IMG/VR virus record: IMGVR_UViG_3300002026_000015
Location: 44,628 to 108,627 of that record
Direction: 5' to 3' (one strand)
Source of the DNA: a virus
Length of the DNA: 64,000 bases
The position numbers were made by a program, and so were the translations under genes. A model generated the notes under the pieces. That model was given only the letters and a program-made list of their open reading frames with translations, had not been told where the DNA came from and made no database searches. This document shows, in pieces, positions 10,422-19,922 of this stretch; positions within the stretch are counted from its first letter, which is position 1; each line of letters starts with the position of its first letter.

Positions 10422-10856
10422 ATGGTTAGTGAAAGATTTCAAAAAGGCTTTAATAAACGTCCAAATCCAACAAGAGAGGATATCTCACACAGATATCCTA
10501 ATAAAGACGATGCGTGGAAATTTGAAAAACGCCCTCGGAAACATAGTTCACATCATGATCTTGAAAAAGACATGTCGTATATAAAACTTCCGAGAGATCA
10601 ACGTCTTCAAATTCTTGAAACTGAAGGATTTGATAAGCGTGCTAAGTATGATCCCTGTTCGAGAATTCGAGCAATTTATTATCGTAACAATAAGTTTGAC
10701 ATTGGTTTCTTAAAAGATCATTGTCCTATTGTACGATTGGCTGGACATACTCTACATGAGGCAGTTCATAATGAAGGGTTTTATGACAATGATCCTGAAG
10801 TTAAAAACTTGTTCAAGAAAATGAGAAAACGTAATGAATCCAGAAATCAAAATTAA
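10422..10856 (+). CDS. Basic hypothetical protein
   Basis: AGGAG RBS; D(P/H)xxxxR short helical repeats. Confidence 0.75.
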   Translation: MVSERFQKGFNKRPNPTREDISHRYPNKDDAWKFEKRPRKHSSHHDLEKDMSYIKLPRDQRLQILETEGFDKRAKYDPCSRIRAIYYRNNKFDIGFLKDHCPIVRLAGHTLHEAVHNEGFYDNDPEVKNLFKKMRKRNESRNQN

Positions 10857-11283
10857 AACTCCGGATCTTGCGAAACTTGATTGTACAATTTTCGAACTAT
10901 TTGACAAACTTGTTGAGCATCGTATAGATTTCACGGTAAATGAATTAAACGAAGATCTCTCTATAAAACGTGTGGTTATGAATGCACTTGAACAATTTGC
11001 ATTAATAACTCCAGGTCCAGAGAAAGAACCGATGTTTTTCAGTATCGTGTTTTATGATAACGATGATATCAATAAACCGATAGTACTGAAGTTTAAGTAC
11101 TTTGAAGATGTAGTGGTCAATTTCTGTAAATATGGGTATCCTTCGAAAAGACGACATAATTTCTCAACGATAATTGATATTCCTTCCAAAGAGTTTATCA
11201 AAAATCGTATCGACAATTCTTTCATTGTTGATAAATTTTATGTATGGTTTATTTGGATGAGACGTCATATTACGTATAGATGA
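10834..11283 (+). CDS. Hypothetical protein
   Basis: Overlaps upstream gene, co-oriented. Confidence 0.7.
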   Translation: MNPEIKIKTPDLAKLDCTIFELFDKLVEHRIDFTVNELNEDLSIKRVVMNALEQFALITPGPEKEPMFFSIVFYDNDDINKPIVLKFKYFEDVVVNFCKYGYPSKRRHNFSTIIDIPSKEFIKNRIDNSFIVDKFYVWFIWMRRHITYR

Positions 11284-11311
11284 TAAATTCTTACTTTATT
11301 ATTACACGTAA

Positions 11312-11323
11312 AACAATCTATTG
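11312..11323 (+). promoter_or_regulatory. Putative late promoter
   Basis: AACA-ATCTAT-TG. Confidence 0.7.
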
Positions 11324-11353
11324 TATTAATTTAAACCTTATTTAGGAGAGAAT

Positions 11354-12784
11354 ATGAGCAACGAAACTAAAGAAGAAGTTATCGTTCAGGAAACTGCTGA
11401 AATCGAAACTGCAACTTCTTCTGATGAAGCTGTTGAAGAAACTGTCGTGGTTGAAGGTGAAGATGCTGAAGATCTCGATAAAATCGAATATGATGAAAAC
11501 GGCGACGTTGTCGATGACGGTAAAGTTGTTGAAGCCATAGAGTATAATAATCTTTCTCTCGAAGATGATGGGATTCTCGGAGTTCCAACGTTTACAGCTA
11601 AAGAACTCCATGTCATCAAAAACAATTTGAATTTGGATCCAAGTTTCCTTACGATGCATGCAAATATCATGGGAGACATTCGCCAGAATCTCAAAGATGT
11701 TGAAAGTGATGCGGAAGATCGCGATGAACAGCTTCGTAAACTGATGAACGTATACAATTCTTCACGAAACATTCTCGTTGAAATGAAGAAAAGTTACGAT
11801 GAATATATCGAATACGTTAAAGAGAATCAGGAAGAGATTCTCAAATACGTAAACGATGATATCTCAAAGGTTATCAAAGAGTACGTTGACACTCTTGCTG
11901 AAGAAGTTGGAATTGAATATGTAGAGGGAACTCTCATGTCATTCCTTATCGCAGCAAATATCAAACGTCGTGTTGCATCTAATTGCGAAGATGATAATAT
12001 TGCAAATATTCTCGCTACAGGTAAGAAAACTTACGAAGATGAAGTTCTTAAACTTGTAAACACGATGACATTCTTTGTGTCAAATAACCGTGATTCTCGT
12101 GATGTTAACGAACCTTCATTCGAAGAACGTGAAGTTACAAGAGTTGCAACCCGTGTAATTCGTACAATGAAAGCTATTGAGATCAAACGACTTAAGAGTG
12201 AATACGATGATCTTCGTGGAGATCTTCTTCTCACAAATCATGTTGTTAATCTTAATGAACTCGTTGGTCGTAAAGCTGTACACAAATTCCTTGGAATTCG
12301 TGCAGAGCAGAAGAAAAAGAATAAACGTGCAAAACAGGATTTGCATCTTGATCACAAATATCTGAAAGATCGTTTCAATGCAACGGTTGTAGAACTTATC
12401 ATGAAAGATTGGTTCTCTCTCACTATGTATAACGATACTGCGGTTATGCGCGATCGTGATGAGTTCCTTAAACGTTTCTCGGATAAGAACTCTTATGATG
12501 CTCGTGAAGTACTTATCGCGACAATCAACAGTTATTCTTACCTGTTCCTGTTTGATGAGCTTACCAGACTTGTATCTAAAACTTCCGAAGTTATCGGCAG
12601 ACATATCAACGTTGGCGAAAAGCATATGCTTAGAAGTTACCTTCTTTTCGTAGCTCTTCCAAAATGGTCTGATAAAGATGCTGAAAATCTTTACGATATC
12701 GACGTTCGTTATAACGAATATGTTGAAATTGTCGGAACGAAAGTTCATGATAAGTTGCTCAAAAAGCAAATGATTATCGAATAA
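11354..12784 (+). CDS. Hypothetical helical protein with acidic N-terminus
   Basis: AGGAG RBS; monocistronic late unit. Confidence 0.85.
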   Translation: MSNETKEEVIVQETAEIETATSSDEAVEETVVVEGEDAEDLDKIEYDENGDVVDDGKVVEAIEYNNLSLEDDGILGVPTFTAKELHVIKNNLNLDPSFLTMHANIMGDIRQNLKDVESDAEDRDEQLRKLMNVYNSSRNILVEMKKSYDEYIEYVKENQEEILKYVNDDISKVIKEYVDTLAEEVGIEYVEGTLMSFLIAANIKRRVASNCEDDNIANILATGKKTYEDEVLKLVNTMTFFVSNNRDSRDVNEPSFEEREVTRVATRVIRTMKAIEIKRLKSEYDDLRGDLLLTNHVVNLNELVGRKAVHKFLGIRAEQKKKNKRAKQDLHLDHKYLKDRFNATVVELIMKDWFSLTMYNDTAVMRDRDEFLKRFSDKNSYDAREVLIATINSYSYLFLFDELTRLVSKTSEVIGRHINVGEKHMLRSYLLFVALPKWSDKDAENLYDIDVRYNEYVEIVGTKVHDKLLKKQMIIE

Positions 12785-12795
12785 GATCAGAATAT

Positions 12796-12827
12796 TAGAG
12801 TAGGGGTAATCCCTACTCTATTTTTTT
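12796..12827 (+). terminator. Intrinsic terminator
   Basis: TAGAGTAGGG-GTAAT-CCCTACTCTA plus T7. Confidence 0.8.
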
Positions 12828-12846
12828 GATAAATAAGGAGATTTAT

Positions 12847-13335
12847 ATGATAACTGTAACGCCTACGCAAAAAGAATTATTCAAAGGATTTTGTAACAAG
12901 AAGTTTGACGGTAAGGTTGAATTCATAATCGTGACGATGTTGAACAAAAAACCTGACCTATTGGAAACTCTTATCACAAATAATATGTCATTCAACTATC
13001 TTGGAGACAATGACAGTATAGTTGAAGTAGTTCCATTTGGATGGCAAACTAATGGAAACTACCGTAATAAAGAAAACATGTACAGTAATACGTACATCAA
13101 ATGTATCAACATCGGACTTGTCCTTGAAGATGATATTACTGACGTTAATGGGGTTATGCGTAATCTGAAAAACAAACTTGGCGAATTATACTATAAAGAG
13201 AAGATTCGTCTTGTAATTGGTGATACAGTTCATGTAAACGAAACTGAAATCGAGAATCATCCTATCTTCAAAAAACTTCCTGAAGGTTATATCGTCGATA
13301 TTACTTTCAAATACTTCAGAGAATTATTCAGATAA
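12847..13335 (+). CDS. Hypothetical protein
   Basis: AAGGAG RBS before ATG 12847. Confidence 0.75.
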   Translation: MITVTPTQKELFKGFCNKKFDGKVEFIIVTMLNKKPDLLETLITNNMSFNYLGDNDSIVEVVPFGWQTNGNYRNKENMYSNTYIKCINIGLVLEDDITDVNGVMRNLKNKLGELYYKEKIRLVIGDTVHVNETEIENHPIFKKLPEGYIVDITFKYFRELFR

Positions 13336-13338
13336 TAG

Positions 13339-13366
13339 ATATACTGCGGGAATTCCCGCAGTATAT
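13339..13366. terminator. Bidirectional terminator / perfect 28-bp palindrome
   Basis: ATATACTGCGGGAATTCCCGCAGTATAT between convergent genes. Confidence 0.75.
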
Positions 13367-14160
13367 TATTTTAAGTATGTGGATTCGACAAAGACATCAT
13401 TTATCAATGTTTGTTCGGTAGATATAAAATTCAAAGATGTACCATTTATAAATGTTTTAAGATATCTATAAATTATCAACTTCTTCATTTTTATAGGAAA
13501 GTGTTCGAATCCTAATCGTATAGGAGATTTAAAATCCTCAGATCCTATAAATACATCAGCATAACCATTTTCGTCAAACATGTCATGTATAGATTTTATA
13601 GTTTCAGGATCATCAATCACAGACCTATCAAACTCATCGCAGTATAATGTAGACAATGAATTGTTTACAGTATTTGGATCATCAGGATAATTTTTAGAAA
13701 AATTTGTACCATATACGACATCGATTCCTAAATCAATTCTATATGTATCTCGAGGCTTTTCAGGAGCATGTATTTCAAATTTACAAATTTTATCAATTTG
13801 TTTTCTAAATTCCTTCAAATCTTCAACAACTATTGCGGACATTAGTAGATATTTAACAATTTTAAATGAATCGCTCTTATAATGATATTGTCGACAACAA
13901 TATGTATCGAGTATATATGGTTTATCAGACTTAGTTATCATATTTCTAGAGTAATTCTTATCGTTATCTCCAAACTCATCTAAATCGATATTATTTGGAA
14001 TGTACATTGCAAAATGTATTTCTTTAGTTTTCTTTTCTATGAAGTGGATTAAATTTACAATTTGTCCAGATCTTTGATATTTAGATGCAGTGTCAGCAAA
14101 CTTTTTTAAATCAATCTTATATTGAACAAGCTGATCTTTATCCATTTCGTGGTAAATCAT
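13366..14160 (-). CDS. Hypothetical protein, apparent paralogue of 26272..27069
   Basis: Shared N-terminal YKxxLKK..SK..LxHxIxK..H pattern, same length. Confidence 0.75.
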   Translation of the reverse strand: MIYHEMDKDQLVQYKIDLKKFADTASKYQRSGQIVNLIHFIEKKTKEIHFAMYIPNNIDLDEFGDNDKNYSRNMITKSDKPYILDTYCCRQYHYKSDSFKIVKYLLMSAIVVEDLKEFRKQIDKICKFEIHAPEKPRDTYRIDLGIDVVYGTNFSKNYPDDPNTVNNSLSTLYCDEFDRSVIDDPETIKSIHDMFDENGYADVFIGSEDFKSPIRLGFEHFPIKMKKLIIYRYLKTFINGTSLNFISTEQTLINDVFVESTYLK

Positions 14161-14579
14161 TTCTTGTCCCGGTTTCTTTCAATTTTTGTAATCAGAGTTG
14201 ATACAAAATCTGAATCGGGAACCAATATTGATCCTGTGAAATCTTTGAAATCAAACCTTGACGTATACCCATTCATTGCAAGTATAAGATACCAATAATC
14301 TGTAGTGGAGTAATATGCTTTGGATAAATGCTGAGGATTTTGATAATATTTCTCAGCTTCTCCTTTAGAATTGAAAGTCATAGTATGCGCAGACTCAATT
14401 ATACTTGGAAGATATGTAGTCAATAACTCAATATCCCACAATTTCAAATTGTATCTAGATCCTTCACCTTCAGAAAGCGTTGAAGTTGTTTCGCAAATAT
14501 TTTCAAATTGTAGGGAATTTCCGGCAATTTGTTTATACGTACTTGTGAAATTTCCCTCTATTATACCTTTGTGTTTCAT
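14157..14579 (-). CDS. Baseplate wedge protein, T4 gp53/LysM-like
   Basis: PQHLSKAYYSTTDYWYLILAMNG matches the gp53 P..lS...Yg....wW.Il..N motif. Confidence 0.75.
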   Translation of the reverse strand: MKHKGIIEGNFTSTYKQIAGNSLQFENICETTSTLSEGEGSRYNLKLWDIELLTTYLPSIIESAHTMTFNSKGEAEKYYQNPQHLSKAYYSTTDYWYLILAMNGYTSRFDFKDFTGSILVPDSDFVSTLITKIERNRDKK

Positions 14580-14580
14580 A

Positions 14581-15786
14581 TTATCCTTTAACCTTTGTTG
14601 TGATAAGTTTAGAACTCATAGAAGACAGTGTTGTAGTTGCCATAGGTGGAACAGGAAGTATAGGCACTGCCGCAACCGCATCCAATTGTGCACACATGAC
14701 TGTGAGTAGTTGGATTAATTCGGGACCTTTAACTAAAGGTTTTCCTCCAGCCCCTTTGAAATTGGCTGTACCATTTTTATCAATTTGAGGTTTTGGAGGT
14801 AGAGGTTTCTTACCACTAGGTGCTCCAAATCCCATTCCTCCAGGAACAACCATACCCGTTACAGTTAAAACTTTAGCGTCAGCTATTATTGTCGGAGATG
14901 TAACAGTTCTCATTTTATTGGTTATGTCAGCTTTCTGATAATCTTCGGTAATTTTTGTACCTTTAAGTGAAAGGTTTGTAATCTTACCGTCAAATTTCTT
15001 ACTCTCCCACTCAACATTATCTATTTTGATAACACCTTTTTTACTTTCAATTTCAATATTATCGTCAGCACTTATATACATCTTCTTCGCACTAATGTGA
15101 ATCGCATCACCACTTAAAAGTATTGTACTCTCTGCTTCATTTATCATTGAAACTTCATCAGTCGATGTGGTTATAGATATAGTTCGTTTACCATCTGTCA
15201 ATGACATTTGTCCTGTAGAACCATCTATGATGATATCATACTCTGAAACTTCACCATTTTTCTTAGACATGTGAATTCTGATAACTTGGTTAACAGAGTC
15301 GTATCTATGATAATATGTGTTATCGTCAGACATATCTTCACCAGCATATTTTCCACTAGCAGGAATTGCAAAGTGTGCTATATCGGATGGTTTAAATTTA
15401 GACTGATCTCTACAGAATGGTTTTATATATAAACTATTGATATCCTGATCTAAAACACCAATTGTAACTTGTTCACCTTCAATAAGTCTTGGCATTGACA
15501 TTCCATAAACTTTAGACATTGTAAGTTTTACAAAGTTTGATGTCGAGCATTTATCTGCTCCAAATTTCGTATTAACTTTATTCAAACACTTAGATATATC
15601 GAGTTTAACTTCTTCTTCAAATACTCCATCTTTTATAGGAATGCCCATCATAAGACGAGGAATATATATCCCATATCTATTTTCACCAACATCATCGGCA
15701 GTTTTAAGAACTATACCGAGACTATTATCTCTATAAAGATCATAAGATCTTTTCAACAAAGCTTCTTTATAATCTGCTAATTTCAT
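14581..15786 (-). CDS. Baseplate hub/central spike protein (gp5/VgrG-like)
   Basis: N-terminal OB-like IYIPRLM..P..GEQV, beta-helix repeats, C-terminal KPLVKGxEL; adjacent to gp53-like gene. Confidence 0.65.
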   Translation of the reverse strand: MKLADYKEALLKRSYDLYRDNSLGIVLKTADDVGENRYGIYIPRLMMGIPIKDGVFEEEVKLDISKCLNKVNTKFGADKCSTSNFVKLTMSKVYGMSMPRLIEGEQVTIGVLDQDINSLYIKPFCRDQSKFKPSDIAHFAIPASGKYAGEDMSDDNTYYHRYDSVNQVIRIHMSKKNGEVSEYDIIIDGSTGQMSLTDGKRTISITTSTDEVSMINEAESTILLSGDAIHISAKKMYISADDNIEIESKKGVIKIDNVEWESKKFDGKITNLSLKGTKITEDYQKADITNKMRTVTSPTIIADAKVLTVTGMVVPGGMGFGAPSGKKPLPPKPQIDKNGTANFKGAGGKPLVKGPELIQLLTVMCAQLDAVAAVPILPVPPMATTTLSSMSSKLITTKVKG

Positions 15787-15806
15787 ATTTACCTCTTTAG
15801 TTGTCA

Positions 15807-15818
15807 CATTAGGATGTT
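15807..15818 (-). promoter_or_regulatory. Putative late promoter
   Basis: Minus strand AACA-TCCTAA-TG. Confidence 0.7.
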
Positions 15819-15862
15819 TCAAGAGTACTTAATATAGATTTATTAACCTCAAGACATACCTA

Positions 15863-15876
15863 TATATTAACATACG
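15863..15876 (+). promoter_or_regulatory. Putative early promoter
   Basis: TATATTAACATACG upstream of primase. Confidence 0.55.
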
Positions 15877-15900
15877 AGAACTATTATGAAGGGTAAGTAA

Positions 15901-16971
15901 ATGAATCACGAAGAATTTACGAAATTATTGATAGATGAATGTAAGCTACTTCCAGGATTCTATGAGAATAATTCACATATTAGAGTTCGTTGTCCAAACT
16001 GTGAAACTCATCGTACTGATGATAAAGAAGGTCACTTCTACATTAATAAACAAAAAGAAGGAAATCCTTCTTCATGTAGAAAATGTGATTTAGCATTGAT
16101 GACAATTACTCCTGAATTACTCCTTAAATTGAATATTGAAAACTCTGAGATATTAGAGTATGTAAAGAAGAATTATAAGGAAATTCATACACATATCGTT
16201 AATCTTGATGAAAGAAATAAAAAACTTGACTACAGAATTCATACGGACATTAAAAATCATGAAATTAATAAACTTAGATATCTTAATGATAGACTAGGAC
16301 ATGATTTTACTAAACCTGAAGAATTAGAAAAGTTTAGAATTGTTTCATCGTTTAAAAAGTTTCTAAAGCTTAACAAAATCGATATCGAAACTCTTGAAGA
16401 AGTTGATAGACGTAAAATCGATATGATAGAGTCTTATTATGTAGGGTTTTTATCATACTTTGGAAACATAATAAATTTCAGAAGAATATTTGATTACGAG
16501 GATGGGACCGATCAGAAACTGAAACGATATGAAACAGTAGTCATCAATAGATCAATTAAGAGATCGTTCCTATATATACCGTCGACGAGCATTGATCCTC
16601 TAACAATGGATCCAAAAATAAATGTTTCAGAAGGACCTATAGATATCATTTCAATCTATTTAAATAATAGTCAATTTGATAACAATAATGCGATATACGT
16701 TGCATCGAATTCTATAGGAGCTTTTAGAAGATCTATTATGAATGCTCTGTCTATATCTGGGTTCTTTGGTGCATCCATCAATCTTTATCTCGATAATGAT
16801 GATGGTGTCAAGAAAATCGGAGAATATGATTTTTCTAAGATCACTCATGCAATGATGGGTTTTGGAAGAAGTTTTAAAGTTACAGCGTTTGTTAACTTGG
16901 CAAGTAAAGATTTCGGAGATGTTAGTGAACCCATAGTTATTGGTAAGATGAATCTAACAAATTCACTATGA
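15901..16971 (+). CDS. DNA primase (zinc-binding domain + TOPRIM)
   Basis: RCPNC..HFY..CRKC; EGPIDIIS, YLDND, KDFG. Confidence 0.85.
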   Translation: MNHEEFTKLLIDECKLLPGFYENNSHIRVRCPNCETHRTDDKEGHFYINKQKEGNPSSCRKCDLALMTITPELLLKLNIENSEILEYVKKNYKEIHTHIVNLDERNKKLDYRIHTDIKNHEINKLRYLNDRLGHDFTKPEELEKFRIVSSFKKFLKLNKIDIETLEEVDRRKIDMIESYYVGFLSYFGNIINFRRIFDYEDGTDQKLKRYETVVINRSIKRSFLYIPSTSIDPLTMDPKINVSEGPIDIISIYLNNSQFDNNNAIYVASNSIGAFRRSIMNALSISGFFGASINLYLDNDDGVKKIGEYDFSKITHAMMGFGRSFKVTAFVNLASKDFGDVSEPIVIGKMNLTNSL

Positions 16972-17027
16972 AAAGTGTTTCAATTGTGAACTAATTAAAG
17001 TCCTTTAATTAAACTTTGGAGGTTTAT

Positions 17028-18467
17028 ATGATAAAGGAAATCGAAGCGAAGCAGAAGAAGCTTAAGGAGATCGGAATAATCCTTAAGAAACAGTATCGTG
17101 GAATTGATAAACAAATCGATTCGGTCATGGAAAAGATCGAAACGTGGTATATCTTTGACGACGTACTGTACAAACCGACAGTTATCTGTTTGTGGGGATT
17201 AACAGGTATTGGTAAGACTGGACTTATCCGTGACCTTGTCAAACTCCTTGAAATGTATAACGTTTTCTGCGAGATCGATGTATCCCGTACAACTGCTGCT
17301 GTAGATGGTCGTCGCAATAACTATCGTAGATTCTATGGAGAATCTCATAGTATTGCATCTCAACTGTTTGATGTGGTTGATGATACTCGTGAGAAGTGTA
17401 TCCTTCTTGTTGATGAAGTTACGAAAATTGACTTCAAAAATAACAATGGTCGTTTCTCAGATCTTTGGAACCTTCTTAGTGACGGCCGTCTTGGTAATGG
17501 AGTTTCAACTCTTTCCAAGTATGATCAGTACATTGAAGATCTTGAAGATGAACTGAACAAATATGATTTGAACAGTAGTCAATCCGCATTTGACAAAATG
17601 ATGGAAGAAGCTAAACAGGCTGCAATGGCTGGTAATACCGCCCCGATGATGCCGTTCATGAATAATCAATGGAACCCTTATACTCAACCTATTCCCGGAA
17701 ATAAACGGTATTATATTTTGAGAGAGTTCCTTGACGTTAATAAGTTCGAAGATCTTAACCCTCTGTTCGATTTCATCGAATTTTCAGGTAATCCGCAGAC
17801 GTCACTGTTCCCATTCGGGATCCGTGAAATGTATCGTACTGCTTGGGAAAATGGTAACTTCGAAAATCTTACAGATATTATCAAACAGCCGGGAATCGCT
17901 TATGTTCAACCCCTTCTTGCGATGGTGAAGAATATTCGCGAAAGAACTATCAAAGAAATGAGTGAAGTTGGAGGAGGACGCGATCCGCTTGTATTCTCCA
18001 AAATGCTTATCTTCATTGCCGGTAATGTTGATGGTCTTTACGAAGACCATAAGAATATCGAAATTGATGCTGATGAACTTCATGCAAAGACGGATGATAT
18101 TTCGCTTGATCTTCTCCGTGATGAACTTCTCAAAGTATTCAAACCTGAGGAAGTCGCTCGTCTTGGCGGAAACCATATCGTTTATCCATCTCTTTCAAGA
18201 AATGCATTTGAGCAAATCATTAATGATAATCTCAAGCTGATTGAGGAAGATACTAAACGTACAACGGATATTACAGTTTCTCTTCGTTCTAAGAAATTCG
18301 TAGATCACCTCTATAAAGTAGGAGTAATTCCTTCTCAAGGCGCTCGTCCACTTATTTCTCGAATTCAAACTGAAGTTTCCAAATTTCTTCCGAAACTTAT
18401 TAAGATTGCAATCACTGGTGGCACTGATAAAATCAGTATTACACAGTTGAATGGGAATTTTCAATAA
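17028..18467 (+). CDS. Stand-alone AAA+ ATPase, ClpA/B D2-like
   Basis: Walker A GLTGIGKT, Walker B ILLVDE, LSDGRL, FKPEEVARL, sensor-2 GARPL. Confidence 0.85.
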   Translation: MIKEIEAKQKKLKEIGIILKKQYRGIDKQIDSVMEKIETWYIFDDVLYKPTVICLWGLTGIGKTGLIRDLVKLLEMYNVFCEIDVSRTTAAVDGRRNNYRRFYGESHSIASQLFDVVDDTREKCILLVDEVTKIDFKNNNGRFSDLWNLLSDGRLGNGVSTLSKYDQYIEDLEDELNKYDLNSSQSAFDKMMEEAKQAAMAGNTAPMMPFMNNQWNPYTQPIPGNKRYYILREFLDVNKFEDLNPLFDFIEFSGNPQTSLFPFGIREMYRTAWENGNFENLTDIIKQPGIAYVQPLLAMVKNIRERTIKEMSEVGGGRDPLVFSKMLIFIAGNVDGLYEDHKNIEIDADELHAKTDDISLDLLRDELLKVFKPEEVARLGGNHIVYPSLSRNAFEQIINDNLKLIEEDTKRTTDITVSLRSKKFVDHLYKVGVIPSQGARPLISRIQTEVSKFLPKLIKIAITGGTDKISITQLNGNFQ

Positions 18468-18474
18468 ATTGATT

Positions 18475-18508
18475 GAAATAGGGGAGAAATCCCCTATTTC
18501 TTTTTTTT
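18475..18508 (+). terminator. Intrinsic terminator, GAAA tetraloop
   Basis: GAAATAGGGGA-GAAA-TCCCCTATTTC plus T8. Confidence 0.85.
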
Positions 18509-18516
18509 AACCTATT

Positions 18517-18528
18517 AACATTCATGTG
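18517..18528 (+). promoter_or_regulatory. Putative late promoter
   Basis: AACA-TTCATG-TG. Confidence 0.65.
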
Positions 18529-18558
18529 AGAGTTATTTTATAAAAAGAAGGAAATAAC

Positions 18559-19737
18559 ATGAGTTTCAAGTTAAACGATCAACAAGAAGCTGCTGTATAT
18601 AAAGCTTTGAATTGGTACTATCTTGAATCTCACAAACGACAACTGTTTGTCGTGGGAGGTTTGGCAGGTACTGGTAAAAGTACATGTTTGAGATCTATAA
18701 TTGAAGCAATAGGTTTATCTACAAATAGTGTTTTATACTGCGCATTAACAGGTAAGGCTGTATCGGTTCTTCGAATGAAGGGTCATATGGCAAATACTAT
18801 ACATCGAAGTTTTTACAATGCTAAGCCTTATAAAAACTCAGTATTCTTTTCCAAGAAACAACTAATTCCAAAAAACATAAAACTTATAGTTATAGATGAA
18901 TTTGGAATGGTCGGAGATTCACTAACGAATGATATACTATCATTCGGAGTTCCGGTTATTGCATTAGGGGATCCAGGGCAACTCCCTCCAGTCTTCGAGA
19001 AGAATACATTTATTGAAAATGAAGAAAATTTGGATGTGTTTCTAGATAAAGTTATGAGAACCGATGATACTTCAGGAATATTAACTTTAGCAATGATAGC
19101 TAGAAATAAAAAACCAATTCTTCCTGGAAATTATGGGTTCTCTAGAGCGTTAGAACTTGGAACTCAGATAAAACCAATGTTAGATTACAATAAGGTTTTA
19201 TGTTGGACAAATAAAACTAGAAAACATCTAAACTCTCATATCCGTGAACAACTTGGTATAACTTCAAAGTATCCTGTTAAAGGTGAGAAGGTTATGTTTC
19301 TAGGAAATAGGTATGACAAATCTATCGAATATCTTGGAATAGAACTTTGTATAGTAAATGGAATGGAATGTGAAGTTATCGAAGATTCAACTATAGAAAA
19401 TGATTATCAAATAAATATAAAAGCTCGTCCAATGTTTGTTGACGATAATGATATATATTTTGATGTGACGTGCAATAGAAGAATATTTGATGGATACACA
19501 GAGTTCGTCCCAGATCTTAAAACTTTAAGAATAGATGATATTGAAAGCGAAAGAGATTCGGTATTCTGCGACTTTGCATGGGCTGCTACAACAACTTCTT
19601 CTCAAGGAAGTGAGTGGGCTGACGTACTTGTGATCGATGAGATGCCAAAGTACAGACCTGAATATAGTAGATGGATATACACTGCTATAACTAGGGCTGC
19701 GTGTTCAGTTGACATTCTTATAGATCAGCAACATTAA
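18559..19737 (+). CDS. dda: Dda/RecD-like SF1B DNA helicase
   Basis: GLAGTGKST, ALTGKA, TIH, VIDE, GDPGQLPPV, SQGSEW, YTAITRA. Confidence 0.93.
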   Translation: MSFKLNDQQEAAVYKALNWYYLESHKRQLFVVGGLAGTGKSTCLRSIIEAIGLSTNSVLYCALTGKAVSVLRMKGHMANTIHRSFYNAKPYKNSVFFSKKQLIPKNIKLIVIDEFGMVGDSLTNDILSFGVPVIALGDPGQLPPVFEKNTFIENEENLDVFLDKVMRTDDTSGILTLAMIARNKKPILPGNYGFSRALELGTQIKPMLDYNKVLCWTNKTRKHLNSHIREQLGITSKYPVKGEKVMFLGNRYDKSIEYLGIELCIVNGMECEVIEDSTIENDYQINIKARPMFVDDNDIYFDVTCNRRIFDGYTEFVPDLKTLRIDDIESERDSVFCDFAWAATTTSSQGSEWADVLVIDEMPKYRPEYSRWIYTAITRAACSVDILIDQQH

Positions 19738-19744
19738 AACATAA

Positions 19745-19880
19745 GTCTTGGCGAAGAATCGAAGATGTCTGATGCGACCATATGTAAATATGAGCACACT
19801 TTCAGATTGGGAGCATTGATTGCACAACTCTAACGAGTTAACGTAGGCCCACGACGAGTCTAGGTGGATATTTTATAGAC
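19745..19880 (+). ncRNA. Candidate structured RNA / 3' element after dda
   Basis: GC-enriched intergenic stretch; nested stems TCTGA/TCAGA, TGC/GCA, CATAT-GTAA-ATATG; possible pseudoknot. Confidence 0.35.
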
Positions 19881-19881
19881 A

Positions 19882-19922
19882 ATAAGTATAAGGGGAGAAA
19901 TCCCCTTATACTTATATTTTTT
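19882..19922. terminator. Bidirectional terminator, GAAA tetraloop
   Basis: ATAAGTATAAGGGGA-GAAA-TCCCCTTATACTTAT. Confidence 0.85.

Noticed and set aside
19765-19810. CTGATG suggesting a hammerhead ribozyme
   Set aside because: Core needs CTGANGA and GAAA; the sequence is CTGATGC with no matching GAAA. Twister and pistol consensus also not met.
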